Assembly: GCA_964016885.1 (NCBI GenBank)
Contig: OZ024743.1
Location: 121,892,001 to 121,956,000, forward strand
Direction: 5' to 3'
Length of the DNA stretch: 64,000 nucleotides
Source: Eledone cirrhosa
Taxonomy: Eukaryota
Positions 54,801-64,000 of this stretch are shown here, one piece after another. The number at the start of each line of letters is the position of its first letter. Positions within the stretch are counted from its first letter, which is position 1. The notes under the pieces are model-generated. The model ran no database searches. It was not told where the DNA came from and was given only the letters and a program-made list of their open reading frames with translations. The translations under genes were made by a program, and so were the position numbers.

Positions 54801-57268
54801 CCAATACACACATAAATATATTTAACATTATCATATTTATACCTTCGCATCTCTCTATATTTTAACCACTTTCAATAATCTTTATATGTTTAAATTTCTT
54901 TGCACATTTTTACTTATTTATTTTCATATTTTCATATTTTGTATCATACTCGATATAATTTGTTTATTTATTCATTTATTTATTTATTTACATTTATTCA
55001 AGTATTAACATTTATTCATTTATTGTTGATATTTTTTTTTTCTTACGTCATTTTTCCTCTATCCTTTTCTCTCCTCTTTCTCTCCTCCTTTCTCTACATC
55101 TTATTTTCTCTCTATATCTTTCTCTGTTTTCATTTCTCCTTTTTCTTTTTCATTTTCTTCTTTTTATTTTTCCTTTTTATTTTTTTCTTTCTTTCCTTTA
55201 TCTATTTCTCTTTCTTTCTTTTGTTCTCTCTCTATCTTTATTACTAATATTATTATTGATGCTGGCCTTGTGCCAAAAGTAGAAACAATTATTATTGATG
55301 CTGTAATTTGAATTTGTAGATTTGCCGGTTATATATTTTTTATAACAGTTTCTGATGACATGATTAAGCTAGCATTGTATCTAAAATTGAGTGAAACTGC
55401 TTCTAGTGTTCACCAATTTTTAGACAACTCAATCAGAGAAACATTTGTTAGACTGTAAATAAATTCCCTTTATTGTACTGTTGACCATGTTATTCTTCAC
55501 ATTTTTTCAATTATATATATGTATGTATGTGTGTGTGTGCCCAACCCATACTGTATAGTGGTCATGTATGTGTCAAGACAAAAGCGCCTAATCTACACAC
55601 TGTAAAGTGGTCATGTAGGAGCACGACAAAAAACATCTAGCCCACTCTGTAAAGTGGTCATGTTGGTAACACGACAAAAAGTGCCTAGCCCACGCTGTAA
55701 AGTGGTAGTGTAGGTGTCACGAAAAAAAGTACCCAGCACACACTGTAAATGTGGTTAGCATTAGGAAGGGCATCCAGCTGTAGAAACCAAGTAAAAATCA
55801 GCCCTGTATGAGTGAAACATGGTCTTGCGACCTGATCTCTCCCAAAGGGAGAGACGTCCTACTCATGTTAGCATGGAAAATGGATGTTGAGAGAGAGAGA
55901 GAGAGAGACAATTATTAAAAAAATCATTTCTAGATAATATTGTATTTATATATATAGCTTATCTTTGATAAACACCATTAATCCATTAAGTTTTATGATA
56001 TATTTTGCACTACAAGTTTCCATTTCCTGTTTGATATATCTCTTTAAGGTTGCTTTCATCATGACTAAAGAAATCATGCCAAAACCTTGTAAAATAAATT
56101 AATGTGGCTGGTATGTAAGAAAGAACAATTTTGAAAGAAAATAGCTAAAGATAGATAAAAATGAAATACACCACAATAGGAAATTGGTGACATGTTTGGA
56201 AAATGAGAACTTACGATCTTCTTTTAGCATACCAGCTCTAATTGACATGCTTCCCAGTTCAATAATCACAATATTCTGTAATAAAATAATGAATAAGACT
56301 AAAATTTGTTTATATGATTTTTTAATTATGAGATTAACAAATCTTTCATTTGTTAATCTCATAAATATATATTTGTTATTAGTCTGATATATAAAAGATC
56401 ATAAGAAATGAAAAATCATAGAAGACAGAAATGGTTTTGATTATAACTTTTGGTTCATCTGACACATTTCATTTGGTTTATTATTTGTTATATTTGGATA
56501 GAATGAATTTAAAATCTAACAAGTTCAGAGTTTAGTTTTTGCTATGATAAAATGTTCATTGTACACACCATGAAGTGGTTAGCATTAGAAAGCACACCCA
56601 GCATTGAAACTATGCCAAAATGGAATGTATAAATATGTCACTATCTAGCCTCAGAATATGACATCCTGTCTAACCCATGCAAGCATGAAAAATAGACATA
56701 GAGGATCCAGAGCCAAATTCCTACAATATAGTTCTAACTGCAATGGAAATATAAAAGGATTCTTGCAGCAAATGAGAGCTGTAAATTTTAGTTAGGGTTA
56801 GGTTGTCTACTCAAACCCTAGCTACAGCAGTGATAAAATATATGTATGGTTGATGTTATTGTTTAGCTCTAGATCAGATCTGGTCAAGCAGAACTTTGGC
56901 ATTTGTTTTTTTTTTATCTACTGTGCAAAGGATCACACAATCATGTGTTCCTTTTTAAGACAGTAAATGTGATCTGAAGACAATTTGGATGCTGTGTTTA
57001 GCAGGCCAAACAACCACAGAGGTTTTTGAGCATGCTAGGCCTACATACTAGAGGTCAAACTTATTAGTAAGGTAGAATACATATAGTCATCATTTAAATA
57101 TGGAAGTGGAAAATCATGTAAATTTCTTACCTTAGATGATTTTGGAGCATCTAATACAGGCTGAATATAGTTAGCTTTGAAGTTTTCAACTATTTGACTC
57201 TGAAGTGCTGCTAACCACTGTTCATATTCTTTTTGTGAAGGGCATCGCACCATCAGGTAATGGCCTCT
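30325..57268 (-). CDS. Divergent actin-fold (actin-related) protein preceded by a PH-like domain, 5'-partial, 10 exons visible (~425 aa)
   Basis: Exons 57131-57268, 56215-56275, 52123-52271, 49270-49350, 45287-45479, 43878-44020, 42347-42462, 41817-41963, 34858-34957 and 30325-30468 join in frame. Actin motifs: IVIIELGSMSIRAG, FPSVV, ALYSYNTKSGIMVDIG, VIPIYDG, CYV, RFAGPEGFF, IQACPMDNR, IYLSGGVTMIPGFSARLEKE, RYHAAYIGAC. Confidence 0.92.
32150..32475 (+). mobile_element. RTE-type LINE 3' fragment
   Basis: SWKRHPTLSKIYGKLP...RAQFAGHC..LLLW; (GAT)n tail. Confidence 0.65.
32771..32956. mobile_element. piggyBac-like MITE
   Basis: TTAA-flanked TIRs ccctttagcattta / taaatgttagaggg. Confidence 0.75.
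33867..34785. mobile_element. Tigger/pogo-like non-autonomous element containing a tRNA-derived SINE (~34257-34462)
   Basis: TA-flanked TIRs ctgtatatactcgaatataagc / gcttatattcaagtatatatgg; SINE with a B-box-like gagttcaaatcc. Confidence 0.7.
34858..34957 (-). CDS. Actin-like exon, adenosine motif
   Basis: aacag|(R)AIYLSGGVTMIPGFSARLEKEVQKLVNSSLLVQ|gtaaga. Confidence 0.92.
35207..35421. mobile_element. piggyBac-like MITE
   Basis: TTAA ends; same family as 36385-36604 and 49425-49602. Confidence 0.75.
36385..36604. mobile_element. piggyBac-like MITE
   Basis: ttaaccctttaagcatttaaac...aaatgctaaagggttaa. Confidence 0.78.
37501..41526 (+). mobile_element. Mariner transposon (decayed transposase) split by a CR1 insertion
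   Basis: TA-flanked ~30-bp TIRs gaggcggtatcaaaa...gactagt / actagtc...ttttgataccacctcg. Transposase MNKKLEQ (37681) resumes at KFCIQL..SATETL (40452) and continues AKFVPRLLT, HDNNAPYH, YSPDLEPADF, YFEGD. Confidence 0.92.
37715..40450 (+). mobile_element. CR1-clade LINE with APE endonuclease and RT remnants
   Basis: GYNLFRKDR..RGGGGV, AGDFNHP, PTRGDNTL, SDH; RT ORF 39029..40018 (LDFAKAF, GVPQGSVLGP, YADD); (ATT)n tail; possible ataaa TSD. Confidence 0.95.
41817..41963 (-). CDS. Actin-like exon
   Basis: ttacag|(S)TINHDVSRFAGPEGFFNTDLWGMDYPTIQALVLKAIQACPMDNRRYMC ag|gttagt. Confidence 0.9.
42005..42260 (+). mobile_element. CR1 3' end fragment
   Basis: AEAWNKLPASVVSC plus the same 3' UTR as the other CR1 copies. 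Confidence 0.85.
42347..42462 (-). CDS. Actin-like exon
   Basis: tttcag|TCYVSKHYEEELHKYMKHPEKFLSSVYLNKYNMPKDSY ag|gtattt. Confidence 0.88.
43878..44020 (-). CDS. Actin-like exon
   Basis: ctacag|(G)FAIEGGQSIQSYGAGKIRQALRFGLAKHNFPLYSPLEQILVRQVMEQ|gtagct. Confidence 0.88.
45287..45479 (-). CDS. Actin-like exon, phosphate-2 loop (ends at GA donor)
   Basis: tgaag|VMLVLPLHVSKKDKENIMDMLMNRFHVQAVCMVTQAIAALYSYNTKSGIMVDIGERMEVIPIYD g|gaaagt. Confidence 0.88.
45748..45863. repeat. (GT)n/(GCGT)n microsatellite
   Basis: Direct reading. Confidence 0.95.
46250..46981 (-). mobile_element. LTR-retrotransposon gag relic (Ty3/gypsy-like)
   Basis: ORF 46439..46981 (IKTFSGE..VIAWL.K...LYLEG..LALY...L..AF) followed by broken CCHC knuckles QCFRC*SLHMARDC and TCY*CKRANHITNNC. 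Confidence 0.75.
47015..47198 (-). mobile_element. tRNA-derived SINE with 15-bp target-site duplication
   Basis: TSD aaagtaaataataat at 47000-47014 and 47199-47213; A/B-box-like head; similar to 34257-34462. Confidence 0.85.
47750..48392 (+). mobile_element. CR1 3' fragment with duplicated 3' UTR tail
   Basis: KRIPSIRHLPYSERL...NTRGH...FFTLRVAEAWNKLP; tail repeated at ~48270-48392. Confidence 0.9.
48655..48960 (-). mobile_element. RTE-type LINE 3' fragment
   Basis: GWKRPHGRLHTRWLDIIREDL...AQDRQRWR. Confidence 0.8.
49270..49350 (-). CDS. Actin-like exon
   Basis: tttcag|FRIEYEILPSVFTAIFQDLKVRPSDNH|gtaaga; corresponds to the actin segment F..ELRVAPEEH. Confidence 0.85.
49425..49602. mobile_element. 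piggyBac-like MITE
   Basis: ttaaccctttagcatttaaac...aaatgctaaagggttaa. Confidence 0.78.
49630..50247 (-). mobile_element. Non-autonomous Helitron
   Basis: Minus strand: A|TCtatatatataaaa...cccgtgcaacgccggg hairpin...CTAG|T; internal (CAGA)n. Confidence 0.8.
50315..50645 (+). mobile_element. Mariner 5' fragment
   Basis: ta-cgagggtaatctgaaaagttc TIR; VIKYLQKKGL..KDIHANMVAT...SRVQKWAAEF (HTH). Confidence 0.75.
52123..52271 (-). CDS. Actin-like exon
   Basis: tttacag|(P)TLPQIFFPSVVAVNYTEKKHYVGFEAYKPNNRLSSNLLHAFGLSEKVDK|gtgaga. Confidence 0.9.
52560..53290 (+). mobile_element. CRE-like non-LTR retrotransposon C-terminal relic (zinc finger + restriction-like endonuclease)
   Basis: CG...GLHSLSC......HAALNKII..L, DGKRPD, CCDT, ETSGILG; an inverted fragment (FVPFVMETGG) at ~52590-52700. 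Confidence 0.7.
53491..53576 (+). ncRNA. Degenerate hammerhead-like motif related to 1677-1739
   Basis: cac-CTGATGA...gcc..ttacatca/tgatgtaa..ggc..GAAA-tatgta; ttgcaa flanks; cleavage triplet and stem I are eroded. Confidence 0.35.
53813..55512 (+). mobile_element. Penelope-like element (GIY-YIG endonuclease relic) with inverted terminal copy
   Basis: WFNPVF...FFKLVDKHFP..HKIFNRKTIKLSYS; CN....KCPLQNRCLESNIVY...YIGST.GEFKKRYYIH; 53813-53871 is the reverse complement of 55455-55512. Confidence 0.85.
56215..56275 (-). CDS. Actin-like exon, phosphate-1 loop
   Basis: tacag|NIVIIELGSMSIRAGMLKED c|gtaagt. Confidence 0.9.
57131..57268 (-). CDS. PH/actin-like gene exon: PH-domain last strand and helix
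   Basis: aacag|RGHYLMVRCPSQKEYEQWLAALQSQIVENFKANYIQPVLDAPKSSK|gtaag; ExxxWxxAL helix is typical of PH domains. Confidence 0.85.
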
Positions 57269-58535
57269 CTGTTCAAAACAAAAGTCATTAATGAAGTGTG
57301 TAGACTTTTATAATTTCCCCATCTTAATAATTACTTTATAACATTTTGACTCAAAAGAGAAGTGTAGCTGCCAAAGCAGGAAATTAAATTTTCATGTACT
57401 GGCTGAAACGAATAAGATGTCATTTCTTTTTGACTATCACAAATTCTTTATAGTTAAGGCCCAAATCTTGAGGGAAGTTATTTCATGTGCCATTACTACT
57501 GACTATTCCTGTGTATTTGTCATTCACAAAGTACACCTTTCTCCCACTACACCTTTTGTGTGTCCATGGCACTAACTGAGTACATTGTATGTAGTTTCTA
57601 CCTACTCCTTTCTACATATTGAGCATAGCCATTTCCCTGATGGTAGCAGAGTCCTGTCATCTTTCCTACTTAGGAAAGCTTTACTTTTCAGTAGGCTGAC
57701 TTTGAAGTTCTTTATTTAAGCAAAAATTGCTGCCCTTTTTCAGGTAATATCCAGTAAAATTAGGGTCTGGTGATTATTCATAACACACACACATATCAGG
57801 CTCCCACACAATTTCTGTCTTCCAAATTTCACTCATAAGGTATTGGTCAACCCTATGTTATAGTAGAAAACACTTGATAAAGGTGCCACACAGTGGAACT
57901 GATGGAAAGCTATGTGGTTGCAAAGAGAACACCTAAACAATATAGCTATGACCATGCACATACATACACATACACACATATGCCATACACATACATACAC
58001 ACACACACTTATGCACACACACATGCACATACACACACACATGCACATTCACACACATATATATATATATCATCATCATTTTAACGGCTGCTTCTTTGCT
58101 AGCAAAGGTTGGACCAAATCATTACTGAAGAGGGGCTACTGATCTCCCAGACAAGCCAGGTATCTGTCATCTCGCTTATAATAATAATAATAATAATGAA
58201 ATTATTGTGTACAGTGCTCAGGTGCACTACAACTCATCAAAGGTGTATGTATAGTACATAGAATAATGTACAAATTATGTATAGTTTCATGTTATACTGA
58301 GTGCACAGAGGAGGTTGTCATGTCTTTGGAACAACTGAGGGGTCCTACCAACCCTTTGTTTGGCAAGCTTTCTATGGCTGGATGCCCTTCCTATCACCAA
58401 CTACTTTACAGTGTGCACTAGGGAGGCTGTCATGCCTTGACACCACAGAAGGATCCTCCCAACTCTTTGTTTGGCAAGCCCTCCATGGCTGGATGTCCTT
58501 CCTATCACCAATCACTTCACAAGGGGGCAGTAGCT

Positions 58536-58894
58536 AGGAGCATGTGTGGGAGGGGCAAGGGTATGTGCAGTGAGGGGTGTAGTGATGTTGAGGATAGCTG
58601 TTAGTGTGTGGTGGTGGAAGAGGGGGTGTCAGGTCACATTGTATGTTGCAGGTCAGGTCTTCTGCAGCACTGCATAATGCCAGCCCTCCTGATCTTTAGT
58701 CATTTCTGTTGTGAGGTTTATTTATTTTTAAGGTCGGTCTTCACAACTTCATCCCATGTCTTTCTGGGATTGCCCCTTCCACAGGCCCAACAACTGAGGT
58801 TTCTCTGCATTTCTTTATGCAGTTGTTATCATCCATGTGCATCACATAGCCCTAGCAATGCAGTCTTCTCTCGAGCACACTACATCCAATTCAT

Positions 58895-58937
<43 letters not shown>

Positions 58938-59320
58938 GTAGAACACTGGAAGGTAATATCTGTAGTGGTAGAGCACTCAGTCCATGGGACGAGTTAGGTA
59001 GAAGTGGTTACACAACAGTTAGTTCACCACACCGAGAACAATTGTTTCACCTTAGCGGATCCTCAGTTCGTAAGGAGGGCTGGCGTTATGCAGTGCTGAA
59101 GAAGACCTGACCTGCAACATACATTGTGGCCTGACACCCCCTCTTCCCCCACCACACACTAACAGCTATCCTCAACATCACTACACCCCTCACTGCACAT
59201 ACCCCTTGCCTCTCCCACACATGCTCCTGTTCCGTATAACCATGTCCATTACGAGCTGAGGATCCACTAAGGTGAAACAATTGTTCTCGGTATGGTGAAC
59301 TAACTGTTGTGTAACCACTT
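58536..59320. repeat. Two interleaved inverted repeats (A..B-A'-B')
   Basis: A 58536-58690 / A' 59073-59228; B 59002-59073 / B' 59249-59320. Confidence 0.88.
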
Positions 59321-59358
59321 ATATATATATAATTGGCAACATGACCCTCCCAAATTAT

Positions 59359-59406
<48 letters not shown>

Positions 59407-59763
59407 TAGCGAGAATCGTATTTCGGCTTAGGAATTAACGAAAAACAATTTCCGAGATGTGTGGCAAGCGCTCAATGATTCAGATGAACCAGAGCTACAA
59501 CATACGTTAAAGGCCAAACACACTGAGACGATGGTTAAACAATCATCCGCACAACCATAAAAACGACCAAGTAATCCGGGTCAAACAAATAAAAATATAT
59601 GTGATTGAAAATTTACCCAGACCCCTGGATGGTTGGTAAAATCCAGCATTTGGGTTTCTGCGACTCCTAAATCAATTACTGTCCGCTTACACAAATAATG
59701 TTAGGCTTCTGGTAAGATGATTGAACAAGGAAGCCACTTTTTCAACAGGTTTTAGTTCGAGTG

Positions 59764-59798
<35 letters not shown>

Positions 59799-60589
59799 GG
59801 AACTAGCTGTTGAAACAGCAAGAGCTCAGCCATCGGGTTTTAATGTAACATACTCTACTACACCAAGTATTGCGTCCTATCCTGATACACACACACATGG
59901 GTGTGAATATCCCTTACAACACATGCCAGCTTAGTTCACCCCCACCCTGCTCTCCAATATAAAACAGTGATGATGATGGTGTCTATGATAGCTTCTCTCC
60001 CACCTTCACCCCTCTACCACTGCACCATAGTCTATTATACTTATGACTCTCTCTCTCCCTCACCACACCAATATACATTATCAGTTATTACTACAGCTCT
60101 CTCACTGTCTCCAGTACATCTGACTCCCATCACTGTGTCTGTGTGAAAGTATATTTGGTATAGTCAACCATCATTGTCTCTCTCTTTCCACCCATGACAT
60201 TTACCACTCTGTCACACCCATATACAATTCCATCACCCTCACCATTATCATCATTATCATCATTACCATCATTACCATCACTCACCAACATCCTTTTCTC
60301 CCTCATGAAATTTGGCAGTAATTTACAACTTTCATCTACACCCTTTCCCTGTTGCTATCCATCACTACTCACCTCTTACCATGACACACACCCCTATAGC
60401 TCAATCTCCTAACAACTAACATTAGCTACTACTGCCCCCCCCCCCCCAGCCACCCAAGTACTTTGTTTTCCCAGTCAAACTCATATTTAGACTTTCACTT
60501 GCTTCCCTATAAAACTCTTAGTTACCATCCTCTACTCTCACCATCACACTTCTCTGTTGATGTCCATCACAAACTCTCTCCTAACATAA

Positions 60590-63500
60590 CACACTTCTAT
60601 TGCTCAACCCTCTCCCACAAACAACCAGCATATCTCAATCCCTGTTCCTTCACACTTCTATTGCTCAACCCTCTCCCACAAACAACCAGCATATCTCAAT
60701 CCCTGCTCCTTCACATTTCTATTGCTCAACCCTCTCCCACAAACAACCAGCATATCTCAATCACTGTTCCTCCACACTTCCATTGCTCAACCCTCTCCCA
60801 CAAACAACCAGCATATCTCAATCACTGTTCCTCCACATTTCTATTGCTCAACCCTCTCCCACAAACAACCAGCATATCTCAATCACTGTTGCTCCACATT
60901 TCTATTGCTCAACCCTCTCCCACAAACAACCAGCATATCTCAATCCCTGTTCCTCCACACTTTTATTGCTCAACCCTCTCCCACAAACAACCAGCATATC
61001 TCAATCACTGTTCCTTCACACTTCTATTGCTCAACCCTCTCCCACAAACAACCAGCATATCTCAATCCCTGTTCCTTCACATTTCTATTGCTCAACCCTC
61101 TCCCACAAACAACCAGCATATCTCAATCACTGTTGCTCCACATTTCTATTGCTCAACCCTCTCCCACAAACAACCAGTATATCTCAATCCCTGTTCCTTC
61201 ACACTTTTATTGCTCAACCCTCTCCCACAAACAACCAGCATATCTCAATCACTGTTCCTTCACACTTCCATTGCTCAATCCTCTCCCACAAAAAACCAGC
61301 ATATCTCAATCACTGTTCCTTCACATTTCTATTGCTCAACCCTCTCCCACAAACAACCAGCATATCTCAATCCCTGTTACTCCACAATTCTATTGCTCAA
61401 CCCTCTCCCACAAACAACCAGCATATCTCAATCACTGTTCCTCCACATTTCTATTGCTCAACCCCCTCCCACAAACAACCAGCATATCTCAATCACTGTT
61501 CCTTCACACTTCTATTGCTCAACCCTCTCCCACAAACAACCAGCATATCTCAATCCCTGTTCCTTCACATTTCTATTGCTCAACCCTCTCCCACAAACAA
61601 CCAGTATATCTCAATCCCTGTTACTCCACACTTCTATTGCTCAACCCTCTCCCACAAACAACCAGCATATCTCAATCCCTGTTACTCCACACTTCTATTG
61701 CTCAACCCTCTCCCACAAACAACCAGCATATCTCAATCACTGTTCCTCCACATTTCTATTGCTCAACCCTCTCCCACAAACAACCAGCATATCTCAATCA
61801 CTGTTCCTTCACACTTCTATTGCTCAACCCTCTCCCACAAACAACCAGCATATCTCAATCACTGTTCCTCCACATTTCTATTGCTCAACCCTCTCCCACA
61901 AACAACCAGCATATCTCAATCCCTGTTCCTTCACACTTTTATTGCTCAACCCTCTCCCACAAACAACCAGCATATCTCAATCACTGTTCCTCCACACTTC
62001 TATTGCTCAACCCTCTCCCAGAAACAACCAGCATATCTCAATCCCTGTTCCTTCACACTTCTATTGCTCAACCCTCTCCCACAAACAACCAGCATATCTC
62101 AATCACTGTTCCTTCACACTTCTATTGCTCAACCCTCTCCCACAAACAACCAGCATATCTCAATCACTGTTCCTTCACACTTCTATTGCTCAACCCTCTC
62201 CCACAAACAACCAGCATATCTCAATCACTGTTCTTTCACACTTCTATTGCTCAACCCTCTCCCACAAACAACCAGCATATCTCAATCACTGTTCTTTCAC
62301 ATTTCTATTGCTCAACCCTCTCCCACAAACAACCAGCATATCTCAATCACTGTTCCTCCACATTTCTATTGCTCAACCCTCTCCCACAAACAACCAGCAT
62401 ATCTCAATCACTGTTCCTTCACACTTCTATTGCTCAACCCTCTCCCACAAACAACCAGCATATCTCAATCACTGTTCCTTCACACTTCTATTGCTCAACC
62501 CTCTCCCACAAACAACCAGCATATCTCAATCACTGTTCCTCCACATTTCTATTGCTCAACCCTCTCCCACAAACAACCAGCATATCTCAATCACTGTTCC
62601 TTCACACTTCTATTGCTCAACCCTCTCCCACAAACAACCAGCATATCTCAATCACTGTTCCTCCACATTTCTATTGCTCAACCCTCTCCCACAAACAACC
62701 AGCATATCTCAATCACTGTTCCTTCACACTTCTATTGCTCAACCCTCTCCCACAAACAACCAGCATATCTCAATCACTGTTCCTTCACACTTCTATTGCT
62801 CAACCCTCTCCCACAAACAACCAGCATATCTCAATCACTGTTCCTTCACACTTCTATTGCTCAACCCTCTCCCACAAACAACCAGCATATCTCAATCACT
62901 GTTCCTCCACATTTCTATTGCTCAACCCTCTCCCACAAACAACCAGCATATCTCAATCACTGTTCCTTCACACTTCTATTGCTCAACCCTCTCCCACAAA
63001 CAACCAGCATATCTCAATCACTGTTCTTTCACACTTCTATTGCTCAACCCTCTCCCACAAACAACCAGCATATCTCAATCACTGTTCTTTCACACTTCTA
63101 TTGCTCAACCCTCTCCCACAAACAACCAGCATATCTCAATCACTGTTCCTCCACATTTCTATTGCTCAACCCTCTCCCACAAACAACCAGCATATCTCAA
63201 TCCCTGTTCCTTCACACTTCTATTGCTCAACCCTCTCCCACAAACAACCAGTATATCTCAATCACTGTTCCTTCACACTTCTATTGCTCAACCCTCTCCC
63301 ACAAACAACCAGCATATCTCAATCACTGTTCCTCCACATTTCTATTGCTCAACCCTCTCCCACAAACAACCAGCATATCTCAATCCCTGTTCCTTCACAC
63401 TTCTATTGCTCAACCCTCTCCCACAAACAACCAGTATATCTCAATCACTGTTCCTTCACACTTCTATTGCTCAACCCTCTCCCACAAACAACCAGCATAT

Positions 63501-64000
63501 CTCAATCACTGTTCCTTCACACTTCTATTGCTCAACCCTCTCCCACAAACAACCAGCATATCTCAATCACTGTTCCTTCACACTTCTATTCCTCAACCCT
63601 CTCCCTCAAACAACCGGTATATCTCAATCACTGTTCCTCCACATTTCTATTGCTCAACCCTCTCCCACAAACAACCAGCATATCTCAATCCCTGTTCCTT
63701 GACACTTCTATTGTTCAACCCTCTCCCACAAACAACCAGCATATCTCAATCACTGTTCCTTCACATTTCTATTGCTCAACCCTCATATCTCAATCACTGT
63801 TCCTTCACATTTCTATTGCTCAACCCTCTCCCACAAACAACCGGTATATCTCAATCACTGTTCCTTCACACTTCTATTGCTCAACCCTCTCCCACAAACA
63901 ACCAGCATATCTCAATCCCTGTTCCTTCACACTTCCATTGCTCAACCCTCTCCCACAAACAACCAGCATATCTCAATCACTGTTCCTTCACACTTCTATT
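60590..64000. repeat. 61-bp tandem satellite (~55 copies, runs off the window)
   Basis: Unit cacacttctattgctcaaccctctcccacaaacaaccagcatatctcaatcactgttcctt; highly homogeneous. Confidence 0.98.

Noticed and set aside
54900-55247. Hydrophobic F/L/I-rich ORF resembling a membrane protein
   Set aside because: Low-complexity T/C-rich tract within the Penelope relic.
60463-63702. 1079-aa ORF
   Set aside because: Translation of a 61-bp satellite; non-ATG start, no domain, and the period is not a multiple of 3.
60590-64000. CRISPR-like array
   Set aside because: No unique spacers, pure tandem repeat, eukaryotic context.

Overview
AT-rich, microsatellite- and SINE-dense animal genomic DNA, most consistent with an octopus or other coleoid cephalopod (inference from repeat content). 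It holds two convergent, intron-rich genes, both lacking their 5' ends in this window. (1) Plus strand 3489-29411: an SR splicing factor (RRM + one CCHC zinc knuckle + RS domain) with a 12-nt microexon and a candidate poison exon in a 14-kb intron. (2) Minus strand 57268-30325: a ten-exon protein with the end of a PH-like domain fused to a divergent actin-fold domain. One of its introns can only keep frame with a non-canonical GA donor. The rest is transposon debris: CR1, RTE, CRE-like and Penelope-like retroelements (with decayed hammerhead-ribozyme motifs), a hAT transposase relic, a mariner split by a CR1, Helitron-, piggyBac- and Tigger-type non-autonomous elements, a gag relic, many SINEs and several inverted repeats. 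A 61-bp satellite at the right end generates the spurious 1079-aa ORF. All exon structures were read by hand; no database searches were run.
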